This document shows, in pieces, positions 37,237 to 46,286 of a DNA stretch of 64,000 nt. Origin of the DNA: Dehalococcoidia bacterium (lineage in GTDB: Bacteria; Chloroflexota; Dehalococcoidia; Lucifugimonadales; UBA3495); NCBI GenBank assembly GCA_034428795.1, contig DAOUHF010000035.1, positions 131 through 64,130 on the forward strand, read 5' to 3'. The notes beneath the pieces are model-generated. The model saw only the letters and a program-made list of their open reading frames with translations. It ran no database searches and had not been told where the DNA came from. Each line of letters begins with the position of its first letter. Position 1 is the stretch's first letter. A program made the position numbers and the translations under genes.

Positions 37237-38109
37237 TCATACCGGCGCCGCTGCCGGGCGTGACATCTGCCGCGCGATAAAGCCCTTCATCAACTCGATG
37301 GCCCGTTCGGATTCAGGCCCGGGCGTGTTTCCGAACTGGTGGGGCATCCCTGGGAACAACTCCAGCTCTATGTGGCCTCCGGCGGCCCGGTACGCGGCCT
37401 CGAACTTATGGGGAATGAACAGGGGGATGTTGGAGTCATTGGTCCCCTGGATGATTATCGCAGGAGGCAGTTCCACTGCCTCCCCTCGGTCCAGGGCCTC
37501 CTGGGGGTTTCCTTCGTGGAGGCTCTCGTGGTCCTGAAAATAGGACTCCGTGGGGCCTATAAACTGTTCTTTGCCAGTTTCGCGGGCCCAGGTGTATCTG
37601 GCGTGAGGATCGAGGACGGGCCAGCAACACAGCATGAATCGCAGTGAAGCGTCCAAGTCCTCTCCTCCGGGGAGCGGCAGCGCCGCATAGCGGGGGTCCT
37701 TGGGGCGCATGCCGTTCAGCGCCACGGTGTGGCCACCGCTGGAACAGCCCATTGCGCCCACCGATGCCGGTTCGATCTTGAACTCACCGGCTTGGGCCTT
37801 CATCCAGCGGGTGGCGTAGTTCGCGTCGACGATCTGGGCCGGGTAGGGGTGTTGCGGGGCCAACCTGAAGTCCACGGCGACGACTACTATGCCGCTGGCC
37901 GCCAGGGCCAGGTTCATGTGACGGTCACTGGAACGATCGTTCAGGAACCATCTGCCGCCGTGAACGTCGAGCAGACCCGGGAAGGGCCCTTCGCCCTGGG
38001 GCCGGTAGATGGTTGCTTCCAGGCCGCCGCCGCTTTGGTGTTCCAAGTAGACCCGATCGATCATCTCGACGTCGAATCGGGCTGCCGGGTTGTATCCAAC
38101 GGTGGTCAT
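37237..38109 (-). CDS. Alpha/beta hydrolase (esterase/lipase, HGG-type)
   Basis: 290 aa. The oxyanion motif HGGRW and the nucleophile elbow GCSSGGH are typical of the Abhydrolase_3 / HSL family. Confidence 0.85.
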   Translation of the reverse strand: MTTVGYNPAARFDVEMIDRVYLEHQSGGGLEATIYRPQGEGPFPGLLDVHGGRWFLNDRSSDRHMNLALAASGIVVVAVDFRLAPQHPYPAQIVDANYATRWMKAQAGEFKIEPASVGAMGCSSGGHTVALNGMRPKDPRYAALPLPGGEDLDASLRFMLCCWPVLDPHARYTWARETGKEQFIGPTESYFQDHESLHEGNPQEALDRGEAVELPPAIIIQGTNDSNIPLFIPHKFEAAYRAAGGHIELELFPGMPHQFGNTPGPESERAIELMKGFIARQMSRPAAAPV

Positions 38110-38465
38110 GGTCTCTCCTTCACAATTTACGGGCGCTCATTTCCAGAGAATGTATGGGGCTTCGGCCAGCGGACCAGAGGTCCGGACCAAGGCTATTGTC
38201 CATAATCCTAACATCGATTCTGGACCTGTTCCGGACCCGTTATCGAGGGGCAGGTCAACAAAATCGCTGTCTGCGACCTCCGGATACCGTGGCAGCAGTG
38301 CGTCAAGGTATCGTCGGGAAAGGTATCGTCGGGGGAGGCAGGAACTGATAGACTATCTTCAAGGTGCCCACCGTGGTCCCTTTCTCTCCGCCAGGTACAA
38401 GTTAGATCTCCTCCAGCGCCAAAACCCACCTGACTTCTACCTGAAGTCCACCTGAACGACGACGT

Positions 38466-39224
38466 ATGACGCAGGAACTGGGACGAATAAACCGGCCCTC
38501 GGCCGCGCAGTACCAGGGGCGGAGAAAGCTATTGCTGGTCCCTCTGGTATACGGACCGCCGTCCGATGATCAGGAAGCCGCCGCCGTTCTGCAGAACTAC
38601 TGGGAGCAGGTGCAGACCCAGGTGGCGGCCTTGGAAACGGCCTTGGGGTCCCTACAACACATTTACCACGAGAGCCTGACCGTCGGCGGCGACGAGGGCC
38701 TGGAACAACTGGGGGCCACCGATCAACGCAGCCACCGGTTCATTCGTGACAAATGCGAGGCCGGGGCAGCACTCGAAGCCACGGAGGACCTGGACGCCCT
38801 GTTGGAAACCCTGGACCTGCAACGGTGCATGATGATTCCGCTGGCCAGCCCTGCGGTGGCCGCAAGGCTCCAGGAATGGTACGCGGAGAGCAACCGGCGG
38901 CGGTACGAGCACATCGCCGGCCGGATCGACGGCACCCTGGAGGAAGACGCGGTCGGCTTGCTGATGATCAGCGACCGCCACCAGGTGCAGTTCCCTGGCG
39001 ACATTGAGGTATTCTACGTCGCGCCGCCGGCCTTGGACGACTTCCGCCGGTGGATGCAAAACTGGCTGGCCCGCCAGCAGAACAGTCCACCGCCCGCCGG
39101 TTTCGAAGCCGGCGACGGCTATCCGGTCGACTCCGGCGACCCTCCCGACTCCGGCGACCCTCCCGACTCCGGCGACCCTCCCGACTCCGGCGACCCTCCC
39201 GACCCCGGCGACGAAGACCCCTAG
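38466..39224 (+). CDS. Hypothetical protein with a C-terminal (DSGDPP)n repeat
   Basis: 252 aa. An 18-bp in-frame tandem repeat (about 39127-39212) encodes DSGDPP four times plus a variant copy. The last base of the stop codon TAG (39222-39224) is also the first base of a MITE-like copy. Confidence 0.5.
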   Translation: MTQELGRINRPSAAQYQGRRKLLLVPLVYGPPSDDQEAAAVLQNYWEQVQTQVAALETALGSLQHIYHESLTVGGDEGLEQLGATDQRSHRFIRDKCEAGAALEATEDLDALLETLDLQRCMMIPLASPAVAARLQEWYAESNRRRYEHIAGRIDGTLEEDAVGLLMISDRHQVQFPGDIEVFYVAPPALDDFRRWMQNWLARQQNSPPPAGFEAGDGYPVDSGDPPDSGDPPDSGDPPDSGDPPDPGDEDP

Positions 39225-39320
39225 GGAACATCTGAACAAGTCCCTTCCCCCCGATGGGGGAAGGTTAGGATGGGGGCCGTTAAGCTCTCCTCCGAGATTT
39301 CGGCGTTCGCCTCAATGACC
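39224..39320. mobile_element. Truncated MITE-like copy (reverse orientation, one TIR missing)
   Basis: The reverse complement matches 12070-12166. The far TIR is replaced by unrelated sequence. Confidence 0.7.
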
Positions 39321-39435
39321 GGCAGGGCCGGGAATTGCGACGGGTCCGTTTTCCATTGACACCCCAGGATAGCCAAACACATACTTATAATCGTTCAAGC
39401 TGCGGTCAATTGGCAATCGGGGCAAGAGGTGCCTG

Positions 39436-40611
39436 ATGGAACGGGAAGTATTCTTTTTCACCGAAATGGGCTACACCGACTATTCCCAGGACAAAGCCAG
39501 AGACCTCGGTTATAACAACCTGATGTTCCCCAACGAGTACTTCAGTCCCGAGAAGGCCAAAGACCTCTACGGCATGTATTTCGAAGAGTTGCAATACTGC
39601 ACCGAGGCGGGCTTCGACGGCGTCATGATCAACGAGCACCACAACAACCCGTTGTGCATGATGCCCTCCGTCAACGTCATCGGTTCGGTCCTGGCCAGCA
39701 CCACGACCAAGGGGAAGATAGTGTTTCTTGGCAACGTGCTGCCTATCCACGACAACCCCCTGAGGGTGGCCGAAGAAGTGGCTATGATCGACATCCTCTC
39801 CGGCGGCAGGGTGGTCTGCGGTTTCGTCCGGGGCATTGGGCAAGAGAGCATGGCCACCAACACCAACCCGGTTTACAACCGGGAGCGCTTCGACGAGGCG
39901 CACAACGTCATTGTTAAAGCATGGACCACTCCCGGCCCCTTCCGGTACGAGGGCAAGCACTACCACTACCGGGTGGTGAACCCCTGGGTGATGCCTTTGC
40001 AGAAACCACACCCACCCATCTGGATTCCCGGTGTCGCCTCCCCGGAATCCGTGATCTGGGCGGCCCGGCACAGATACCCCTACGTGGCTCTGGCACCTCC
40101 CTTGCAGTTGTTGTCCGACATCTTTGACCTGTACCAGAGAACGGCGGAGGAGGACGGTTGGACCCCCACCGCCGCCAACCGGGGCTACGCCGTGCGGGTA
40201 AACGTCGCCGACTCCGACGAGAAGGCCTACGAAGAAGGGAAGAACTTCTACTGGCAGTTGGGAACGTCGTTTGGGGTGACCCCCCAGCACTGGCTGGCCC
40301 CGCCCGGCTACCTGACTCGCGCCGCCGCCGGCGGCGCCCGGGAGCAGGCCCGGCGTGCCGTGCAGACCGTTGTTCCCGGCGGACCGGCCCTGCCCTACGA
40401 GGACGCCCAAGAGACCTGTCAGATTGTGACCGGGAACCCTGATACGGTGATCAAAAAGCTAAAGCGCCTGATCGACGTCATCGACCCCGGCTACCTCATC
40501 TTCTGGGGCCGGGAGGGCCCCATGTCCCACGACGTAGCCATGAGGAGCATCGACCTCATGGCCCAGGAAGTTATCCCCGCCGTCAAAGAGTACGAAGCGC
40601 AGCGGGAATGA
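39436..40611 (+). CDS. LLM-class flavin-dependent oxidoreductase
   Basis: 391 aa; FFFTEMGY...EAGFDGVMINEHH is a luciferase-like N-terminus. Confidence 0.85.
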   Translation: MEREVFFFTEMGYTDYSQDKARDLGYNNLMFPNEYFSPEKAKDLYGMYFEELQYCTEAGFDGVMINEHHNNPLCMMPSVNVIGSVLASTTTKGKIVFLGNVLPIHDNPLRVAEEVAMIDILSGGRVVCGFVRGIGQESMATNTNPVYNRERFDEAHNVIVKAWTTPGPFRYEGKHYHYRVVNPWVMPLQKPHPPIWIPGVASPESVIWAARHRYPYVALAPPLQLLSDIFDLYQRTAEEDGWTPTAANRGYAVRVNVADSDEKAYEEGKNFYWQLGTSFGVTPQHWLAPPGYLTRAAAGGAREQARRAVQTVVPGGPALPYEDAQETCQIVTGNPDTVIKKLKRLIDVIDPGYLIFWGREGPMSHDVAMRSIDLMAQEVIPAVKEYEAQRE

Positions 40612-40734
40612 GGGCGGCGACCGCCTACGACCCTTGTACGTGGCTGCGGCCGGGTCGCTCGGCTGCCCGTTCGTGACGGGGGACCGGAGGCCCAGCCGCG
40701 CCAATGGGCCGACCTGCGAGATAATAGCCTCACC

Positions 40735-40779
40735 GGAAACTTACGAACAGGAAACTTACGAACAGGAAACTTACGAACA
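40735..40779. repeat. Perfect 3 x 15-bp tandem repeat immediately 5' of the RBS
   Basis: ggaaacttacgaaca three times, followed by ggagcaacc and ATG 40789. Confidence 0.9.
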
Positions 40780-40788
40780 GGAGCAACC

Positions 40789-41286
40789 ATGCCAGAGAAG
40801 CTGCAACAAGGCGACCGCATTCCGAACGTCGTGCTGAATTTGCTGGACGGCGGCACACTGACCCTGCCGGACGACGCCCCCAGCCGCTACACCGCGATCT
40901 TGTTCTACCGGGGGCACTGGTGACCCTACTGCCTGCGGCAGTTGGCCGCTTGGGAGGAAGCCAAGGCCGGGTTGGACGAGCTCGGGCTCACCATCATCGC
41001 CGTCAGCGCCGACAGCCGGGAGCAGGCCCAGGAAGTGAAGGACAAGGGTCTCAGCTTCCCGGTGGCATATGGCGCCACTAAAGAAGATGGCGACCGGATC
41101 GGCGCGTGGTGGTCCGACGACCGCGGCGGGTACATCCAACCGTCGGAGTTCCTGCTTGGCCGGGGCGGGGTGGTGTTGGGAGCGATGTACGCGTCGGGCC
41201 CCATCGGACGCATGGCCCCGGAGGAAGCGACCCGGGCCATAAAAACCAGGGAGAACCGGCGGCGCGAAGAGGAAGGACATTCTTGA
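40789..41286 (+). CDS. Peroxiredoxin-like (PRX_like2 / AhpC-TSA redoxin) protein; candidate selenoprotein with TGA at 40921-40923 read as Sec
   Basis: ATG 40789 with a GGAG RBS. The reading frame continues through the in-frame TGA: ...YTAILFYRGHW-[TGA]-PYCLRQLAAW...IIAVSAD... The TGA replaces the first Cys of the conserved FYRGxWCPxC motif. Both halves are in the same frame and look like one redoxin domain. Confidence 0.6.
40946..40970 (+). promoter_or_regulatory. Candidate bacterial SECIS-like hairpin
   Basis: Upper stem cuugg/ccaag with apical loop GAGGAAG (40954-40960), plus a 3-bp lower stem, 26-50 nt after the UGA. A second small hairpin, acugcc-ugc-ggcagu, lies at 40928-40942. Folded by eye only. 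Confidence 0.3.
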
Positions 41287-42098
41287 CCACCAACCGGCAG
41301 CTCGTCGATATGATGGCGCACGTCTGGCGTTCAATCGACGGCCTGTGCTCCTCGCTCAGCGAACCGGAATGGAAGACCCCCACCGACTGCCCCGGCTGGA
41401 CGGTACAGGACCAGGTCGCCCATCTGGGCGGCGCGGAGTCCCGGATACTGGGCAACCCCGCCCCCGGCCACACTCCGGGCGAGACCGGCCACGTCAAGAG
41501 CGAAGGCGGGTTGAGCAACGAAGTGTTGGTCGACTGGCGCAGGTCCTGGACCGGCCGGCAGGTCCTCGACGAGTTCCGGGAGCTCACCGGGCAACGGGTA
41601 ACCGCGCTGCGTTCGATGACCGGCGAAGAGTTCGCGGCCGAGACCCAAACCCCATTGGGCCCGGCCCCGGTCTCGGAGTTCATCAGCATCCGGATCATGG
41701 ACGCCTGGGTGCACGAGCAGGACATGCGTCGAGCGCTGGGGCGTCCGGGCGAGATGGAGGGACCGGCGGCGGCGCACTCGTTGGGCCGGATCATTCGCGC
41801 CATGCCCTTCGTGGTGGCGCGGCGGGCCCAGGCGCCGGACGGCGCAACCGTGGTCTTCGACATTGCGGGTCCCGCCGGCCGGGTCTTGCCGGTGTTGGTC
41901 GAGGGCAATCGGGGCAGAGAGGCCGAAGAGGCTCCTGCCGAACCCATGGTCCGAATAAGCCTCGACACCGAGACTTTCGGCTGTTTGGGCTGCGGCCGTT
42001 GGGACCCCGAGGAGATGCTGCGGTCCGGCAGGGCGCTGGTCCAGGGAGACGTTGCCCTCGGCGAGGCCATCGTCCGCCAGATGAACATTATGCCTTGA
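41283..42098 (+). CDS. DinB-fold / maleylpyruvate-isomerase-family (mycothiol-dependent, TIGR03083-like) protein
   Basis: WKTPTDCPGWTVQDQVAHLGG is the hallmark motif. TTG 41283 overlaps the upstream stop; ATG 41310 is an alternative start. Confidence 0.7.
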   Translation: MTTNRQLVDMMAHVWRSIDGLCSSLSEPEWKTPTDCPGWTVQDQVAHLGGAESRILGNPAPGHTPGETGHVKSEGGLSNEVLVDWRRSWTGRQVLDEFRELTGQRVTALRSMTGEEFAAETQTPLGPAPVSEFISIRIMDAWVHEQDMRRALGRPGEMEGPAAAHSLGRIIRAMPFVVARRAQAPDGATVVFDIAGPAGRVLPVLVEGNRGREAEEAPAEPMVRISLDTETFGCLGCGRWDPEEMLRSGRALVQGDVALGEAIVRQMNIMP

Positions 42099-42207
42099 GA
42101 CCGAAAACCCGGCCCCATCGCGAATTGGATATTTCGTATTCGAAATATCAGGCTACCAACAGCATCAAAAGTCTATATACTGGCGCCGACACATCCTAGC
42201 GCTGGCG

Positions 42208-42259
42208 CCCCCATCCTAACCTTCCCCATCGGGGGGAAGGGACTTGTTTAGATGTTCCC
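42208..42259. repeat. Half-copy of the MITE-like family (hairpin plus TIR)
   Basis: cccccatcctaaccttccccatcggggggaagggacttgtttagatgttccc. Confidence 0.75.
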
Positions 42260-42304
42260 TGGTAACGTCAAACTCCGGGCCTATTCTTCAAGCCGCCGGT
42301 ATAC

Positions 42305-43600
42305 ATGCTTGTAAACCGCCTGCCCTTTCACTATAGCTGGGTCGTTATAGGAATTCTGGCGACCGTCCAGGTTTTCGCCATTTCTATTGCCATGGCAGCC
42401 GGGATCATGGTCCCACCGTTGAACGACCCGGAAGGCGATTTCCGGTGGGGGGAATTTACCATCAGCGCCGGCATCGCCTCCTACTTCTTTTTCGGCGCTG
42501 TCTACGCCCCCATGACCGGGTGGCTGGGCGACCGTTACGGTTCCCGCAAGATGCTGCTGGCTGCCGGCGTCATGTTCCTGGTCAGCATGATCCTCATGAG
42601 CCAGGTGAGAGAGGTCTGGCACTTCTTCCTGTTCTTCGGGGTCCTGATGTCCCTGACCGAGTCGTTGGCCATGGTGCCGCTGATGGCAGCGGCAGGCGAT
42701 TGGTTCCGCCGCCGCTTGGGGCTGGGAGTGGGCATCCTCTGGGCCGCCGGCGGCGTCGGCACGGCAATCCTGGCACCGGTCATCGGCTACCTCATCGACG
42801 ACGTAGGGTGGGAAGGTATGTTCATGATCGTCGGCTTGGTGGGCGGGATAACGATGTTGGTTTTGGTGCCGTTCATGCGCAACCAGCCGGCGGACCTGGG
42901 CATCGAGCCCTATGGCACCAGACCCGGGGATGCGCGGCTGGTCAGGCTGAGCGAAGATCTCAAGCGGCTGCGTCTGAAAGTGTTCAACCGGCACACCCGG
43001 CGTACCCGGCCCTTCTGGAACTTGCCCTTGGTGCATGGGATGGGCTGCGCCGGACACGCAATCATCTTGATTTTCGTCATCCCCCTGGCCTACGAGCGCG
43101 GGGTGTTCTCGAGCCTGGCGGAGGCGGGCATCATTCTCACGCTTCTCTCCCTGGTCAGCATCGTGAGCCGTTTCGTCACGCCGATACTGGCGGAATCGTA
43201 CGGTACGCGGCGCATGATGGCGTTGAGCCTCTCGATTCAGGGGATCACCGTGCTCATGCTGTTCTGGGCGCAAGACGCGTGGGTCTTTTATCTGTTCGCC
43301 GCCAGCTTTGGATTGGGGTTTGGGGGGGAGTGGACCGGCTACCTTATCATCAACCGCCAGTACTATGGCGAAGGGCCCATGGGCACCATCTATGGCTGGC
43401 AGACCACTGGAGCGCTGCTGGGCCACGCCACCGCCACGGTCTTGGCCGGCCTCGTCATCTTCGCCACCGGGTCCTACAACCTTGTCATGGCGCTGTCCAT
43501 CGCCTTCAGCCTCGGCGGCGTTCTGGTGATAGCGCTGCTGGACGACACGTCGCACGTGCTGATACCCAATTGGGAAGCCGACCTGCCCGCGGAAGCCTAG
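42305..43600 (+). CDS. MFS transporter
   Basis: 431 aa with about 12 TM segments and GWLGDRYGSRKML (MFS loop 2-3 motif). Confidence 0.85.
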   Translation: MLVNRLPFHYSWVVIGILATVQVFAISIAMAAGIMVPPLNDPEGDFRWGEFTISAGIASYFFFGAVYAPMTGWLGDRYGSRKMLLAAGVMFLVSMILMSQVREVWHFFLFFGVLMSLTESLAMVPLMAAAGDWFRRRLGLGVGILWAAGGVGTAILAPVIGYLIDDVGWEGMFMIVGLVGGITMLVLVPFMRNQPADLGIEPYGTRPGDARLVRLSEDLKRLRLKVFNRHTRRTRPFWNLPLVHGMGCAGHAIILIFVIPLAYERGVFSSLAEAGIILTLLSLVSIVSRFVTPILAESYGTRRMMALSLSIQGITVLMLFWAQDAWVFYLFAASFGLGFGGEWTGYLIINRQYYGEGPMGTIYGWQTTGALLGHATATVLAGLVIFATGSYNLVMALSIAFSLGGVLVIALLDDTSHVLIPNWEADLPAEA

Positions 43601-43619
43601 GCTCCTACCGCGAGACCGC

Positions 43620-43650
43620 GCCCGGCGCCGGCCGCCGGGCTTTCCTTTTT
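43620..43650 (+). terminator. Rho-independent terminator after the MFS gene
   Basis: gcccggcg-ccggc-cgccgggc stem-loop followed by tttccttttt. Confidence 0.6.
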
Positions 43651-43672
43651 GGGGCCCGGTTGGTGGTCGTAG

Positions 43673-45145
43673 TCACCCCTCGCGCTCCAGGAACTCCCTC
43701 ACGAACGCCGTGGCCGGCCCCTTGTCGTACACGCTGTTGAGCAGCACCACGTTGCGGTAGGAGTCCCCTTGGAAGAATCGTTCGTAGAGTATCTGCCGCG
43801 ACCCGAAGGCGCTGCAGCTTGCGTCCCAGGCCAGCCGGAATAGCCTGACCCGTTCCCCGGCGGATGCGGTATCGGTCTCCAGGTAACGTTCGATCTCGCT
43901 GGCCAGCGGACCGGACAAATCCGCCTCGGCCGGCAGCGCCATCAAACTGCTCGACCCCATCAGCTGCAGTATTTCGCCCATCCTGGGGTACATCCGGATG
44001 AACAGGTGGCGGGCGATCATCAACGGCGTTTCGGCCGGGCACATCACCCCCCACTCGTCGAGCCACGCGTCCGCTTCCGCCGCCCGGAGCAGCGCCTTGG
44101 TAGTCTCCAGGTTCTCGATGATCTCCGCGGTCATCTGGAGTACCTGCGGCTGCTGGGATGAGCCCAGGGTTTCCTGCATCAGGTTGGCGAGACCCAGCAT
44201 GAACTCGCACTTGACCACGTTCTTGGTTACGACCTGATGGCCGGAATGCAGGTATTGGTGAGTCCGGCGCGACATGTTGTTGCACCGTTCCGGGTCCCCC
44301 AGCAGGAACACACGCTCCCACGGCACGAACACGTCGTCGAAGAACGCGAGGGCGTCCATCTCTTCGAAGCGCGAGCCGAGGGGATGATCGAAGTGGGAGC
44401 GGCCCTGGTCGAAGCTCTCCCGGCATTGAAACTTCAACCCCGGCGCATCGCAGGGCAGGGCAAACGCGAATGAGGCGCGGCCCCCGTTCCCGGTGGTCCC
44501 TGGGCCGGTGGGCAGGCGGTGGGAACGGGCCGGGTACACCGCGATCTCGTCGGCGATGGGCAGCGTGGCCAACACCCGGGCCCCATTCACGACGATCCCC
44601 GCGTCTGTCTCCTTCGTCACGGACAGGGCGACGTCGGTGTGGTCGGCCAATGGAGCAGACTCTTGGGGCGCCCTGTTTCGCTGCAGGTTGACCAGGGTGT
44701 GGGTGAGCACCAGGTCGTTCTCCCGGACGTGCTCGTAATAGTCCTGGATGTTCTTCTTGAATTCGGGCCGGTCCTCACCGAAATAGTCGCCCGCGGCGGC
44801 CATCGCCATCATGCTTACGTTCAGGAAGTCCGGGGTCCGTCCCATCATGCCGCAACTCACCCTCGCCCAGTGGGTCATCATGCGGTGGCGGGCATCGAGG
44901 TCCTCCGTGGTCTTGGGGGTAATGAACGAAAGGCCCACGTCGTCGCCGGTGGTGGGGGAACGGTAGGTCATCTCTTGGCCCACCGACGGGTCGTGCTGCA
45001 GGTCGTACAGGGCGGCGATGGTCCCGATACCGCCCGTCAGGCCGGTGTGGGTGGTTGGGTCGGCCACCTTCTTTCCGTTCATGTACAGGGCCGGCGGCCG
45101 TTCTTTGAGCCGCTTGATATATTCCCCGCCCGTCCTGGCTGGCAT
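43673..45145 (-). CDS. 4-hydroxyphenylacetate 3-monooxygenase oxygenase-component family (HpaB-like)
   Basis: 490 aa. The N-terminus PARTGGEYIKRLKERPPALYMNGKKV is typical of the HpaB/4-HPA hydroxylase family. Confidence 0.85.
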   Translation of the reverse strand: MPARTGGEYIKRLKERPPALYMNGKKVADPTTHTGLTGGIGTIAALYDLQHDPSVGQEMTYRSPTTGDDVGLSFITPKTTEDLDARHRMMTHWARVSCGMMGRTPDFLNVSMMAMAAAGDYFGEDRPEFKKNIQDYYEHVRENDLVLTHTLVNLQRNRAPQESAPLADHTDVALSVTKETDAGIVVNGARVLATLPIADEIAVYPARSHRLPTGPGTTGNGGRASFAFALPCDAPGLKFQCRESFDQGRSHFDHPLGSRFEEMDALAFFDDVFVPWERVFLLGDPERCNNMSRRTHQYLHSGHQVVTKNVVKCEFMLGLANLMQETLGSSQQPQVLQMTAEIIENLETTKALLRAAEADAWLDEWGVMCPAETPLMIARHLFIRMYPRMGEILQLMGSSSLMALPAEADLSGPLASEIERYLETDTASAGERVRLFRLAWDASCSAFGSRQILYERFFQGDSYRNVVLLNSVYDKGPATAFVREFLEREG

Positions 45146-45274
45146 TGTTGGCGCTCCCGGAATTAGAATATGGGGTGCTGAATTTAGAATGCGGAGTTAA
45201 GAATTTTGAACGCAGTGCCCGGATTCCCTCATTCCTGACTCTTAATTCCGCATTCAAACGCGGAGGTCCGAATC

Positions 45275-46186
45275 GTGTCCGAAGCCCCCAGCCGGGTCGA
45301 TTATAGCCCAATTATCGAGCGGCCCCCCATCAGGTGGCCGGACGGCGCCAGGGTGGCGCTGTGGATCGCCCCCAACATCGAGCACTACGAATACATGCCC
45401 GATTACGATGGCGTAAGGGACCCGTGGCCCCGTACCCCATACCCCGACGTCCAGCAATACTCGTATCGGGACTACGGCAACCGGGTGGGTTTCTGGCGCA
45501 TGATCGAAGTATTGGACAAATACGACGTCAAGTGCTGCGTTTCACTGAACCTGGCAGTCCTGGAGCATTACCCGGAAATCGCCGAAGCCATGGTGGAACG
45601 CGACTACGATTTCATGAGCCACGGCATATACAATACTCGATACCTCAACACGTACACCGAGGAGCAGGAGAGGGAGTTCTATCGAGACTCCATCGAGACC
45701 TTGCGGAGGCACACCGGCAAGACCCTGAAGGGCATGCTGGGTCCGGCCATATCCGGCACCGACCGGACGCCCGACTTGATGGCCGAGGCCGGGCTGATCT
45801 ACCATACCGACTGGATCCACGACGACCAACCGGTGCCGATAAGGGTGAAGTCGGGCAAGTTGGTCTCTGTCCCTTATTCCTTCGAATTGAACGACGTTCC
45901 GGTGTTCCGCAGCAATTTCGAGGGCGAATATTTTGCCCGGATCTGCAAGGCCCAGTTCGACCAACTATACGCCGAGGGCGCCGATAGCGGCCGGGTGATG
46001 TGCATCGCTCTGCATCCCTTTCTCATCGGCCAGCCCCACCGTATCAACTACCTTGACGAAATCCTGGGCTATATCATGTCCCACGAGGGCGTTTGGCAGA
46101 CCACCGCCGACGAAATCGCGGAATACTACATTGCGAACCATTACGATGAGGTCGTGGCCCATTCCCGGCAGTACCGGCCGGCGTAG
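45275..46186 (+). CDS. Polysaccharide-deacetylase-fold protein (PuuE/allantoinase-like)
   Basis: 303 aa, GTG start with a GGAGG 9 nt upstream. Motifs RVALWIAPNIE, NLAVLEHYPE, MSHG and DDQP. Confidence 0.75.
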   Translation: MSEAPSRVDYSPIIERPPIRWPDGARVALWIAPNIEHYEYMPDYDGVRDPWPRTPYPDVQQYSYRDYGNRVGFWRMIEVLDKYDVKCCVSLNLAVLEHYPEIAEAMVERDYDFMSHGIYNTRYLNTYTEEQEREFYRDSIETLRRHTGKTLKGMLGPAISGTDRTPDLMAEAGLIYHTDWIHDDQPVPIRVKSGKLVSVPYSFELNDVPVFRSNFEGEYFARICKAQFDQLYAEGADSGRVMCIALHPFLIGQPHRINYLDEILGYIMSHEGVWQTTADEIAEYYIANHYDEVVAHSRQYRPA

Positions 46187-46286
46187 GGCCGTCCCAGTAG
46201 TCCCTTCCCAGCAGTCCCTTCTTCTTGGGAAGAGAGGACTTTATCCCCGGCGGACGCGATTAACGAACGACACAAGGGGGAATGCG

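Noticed and set aside
40921-40923. Other readings of the in-frame TGA: a pseudogene or sequencing error, or a TGA-reassigned genetic code.
   Set aside because: Code reassignment is rejected because many genes in this window terminate at TGA. A pseudogene or error cannot be excluded from the sequence alone. It is less likely because the stop sits exactly at the redox-active Cys position of a known selenoprotein family, and the downstream frame is intact and conserved-looking.
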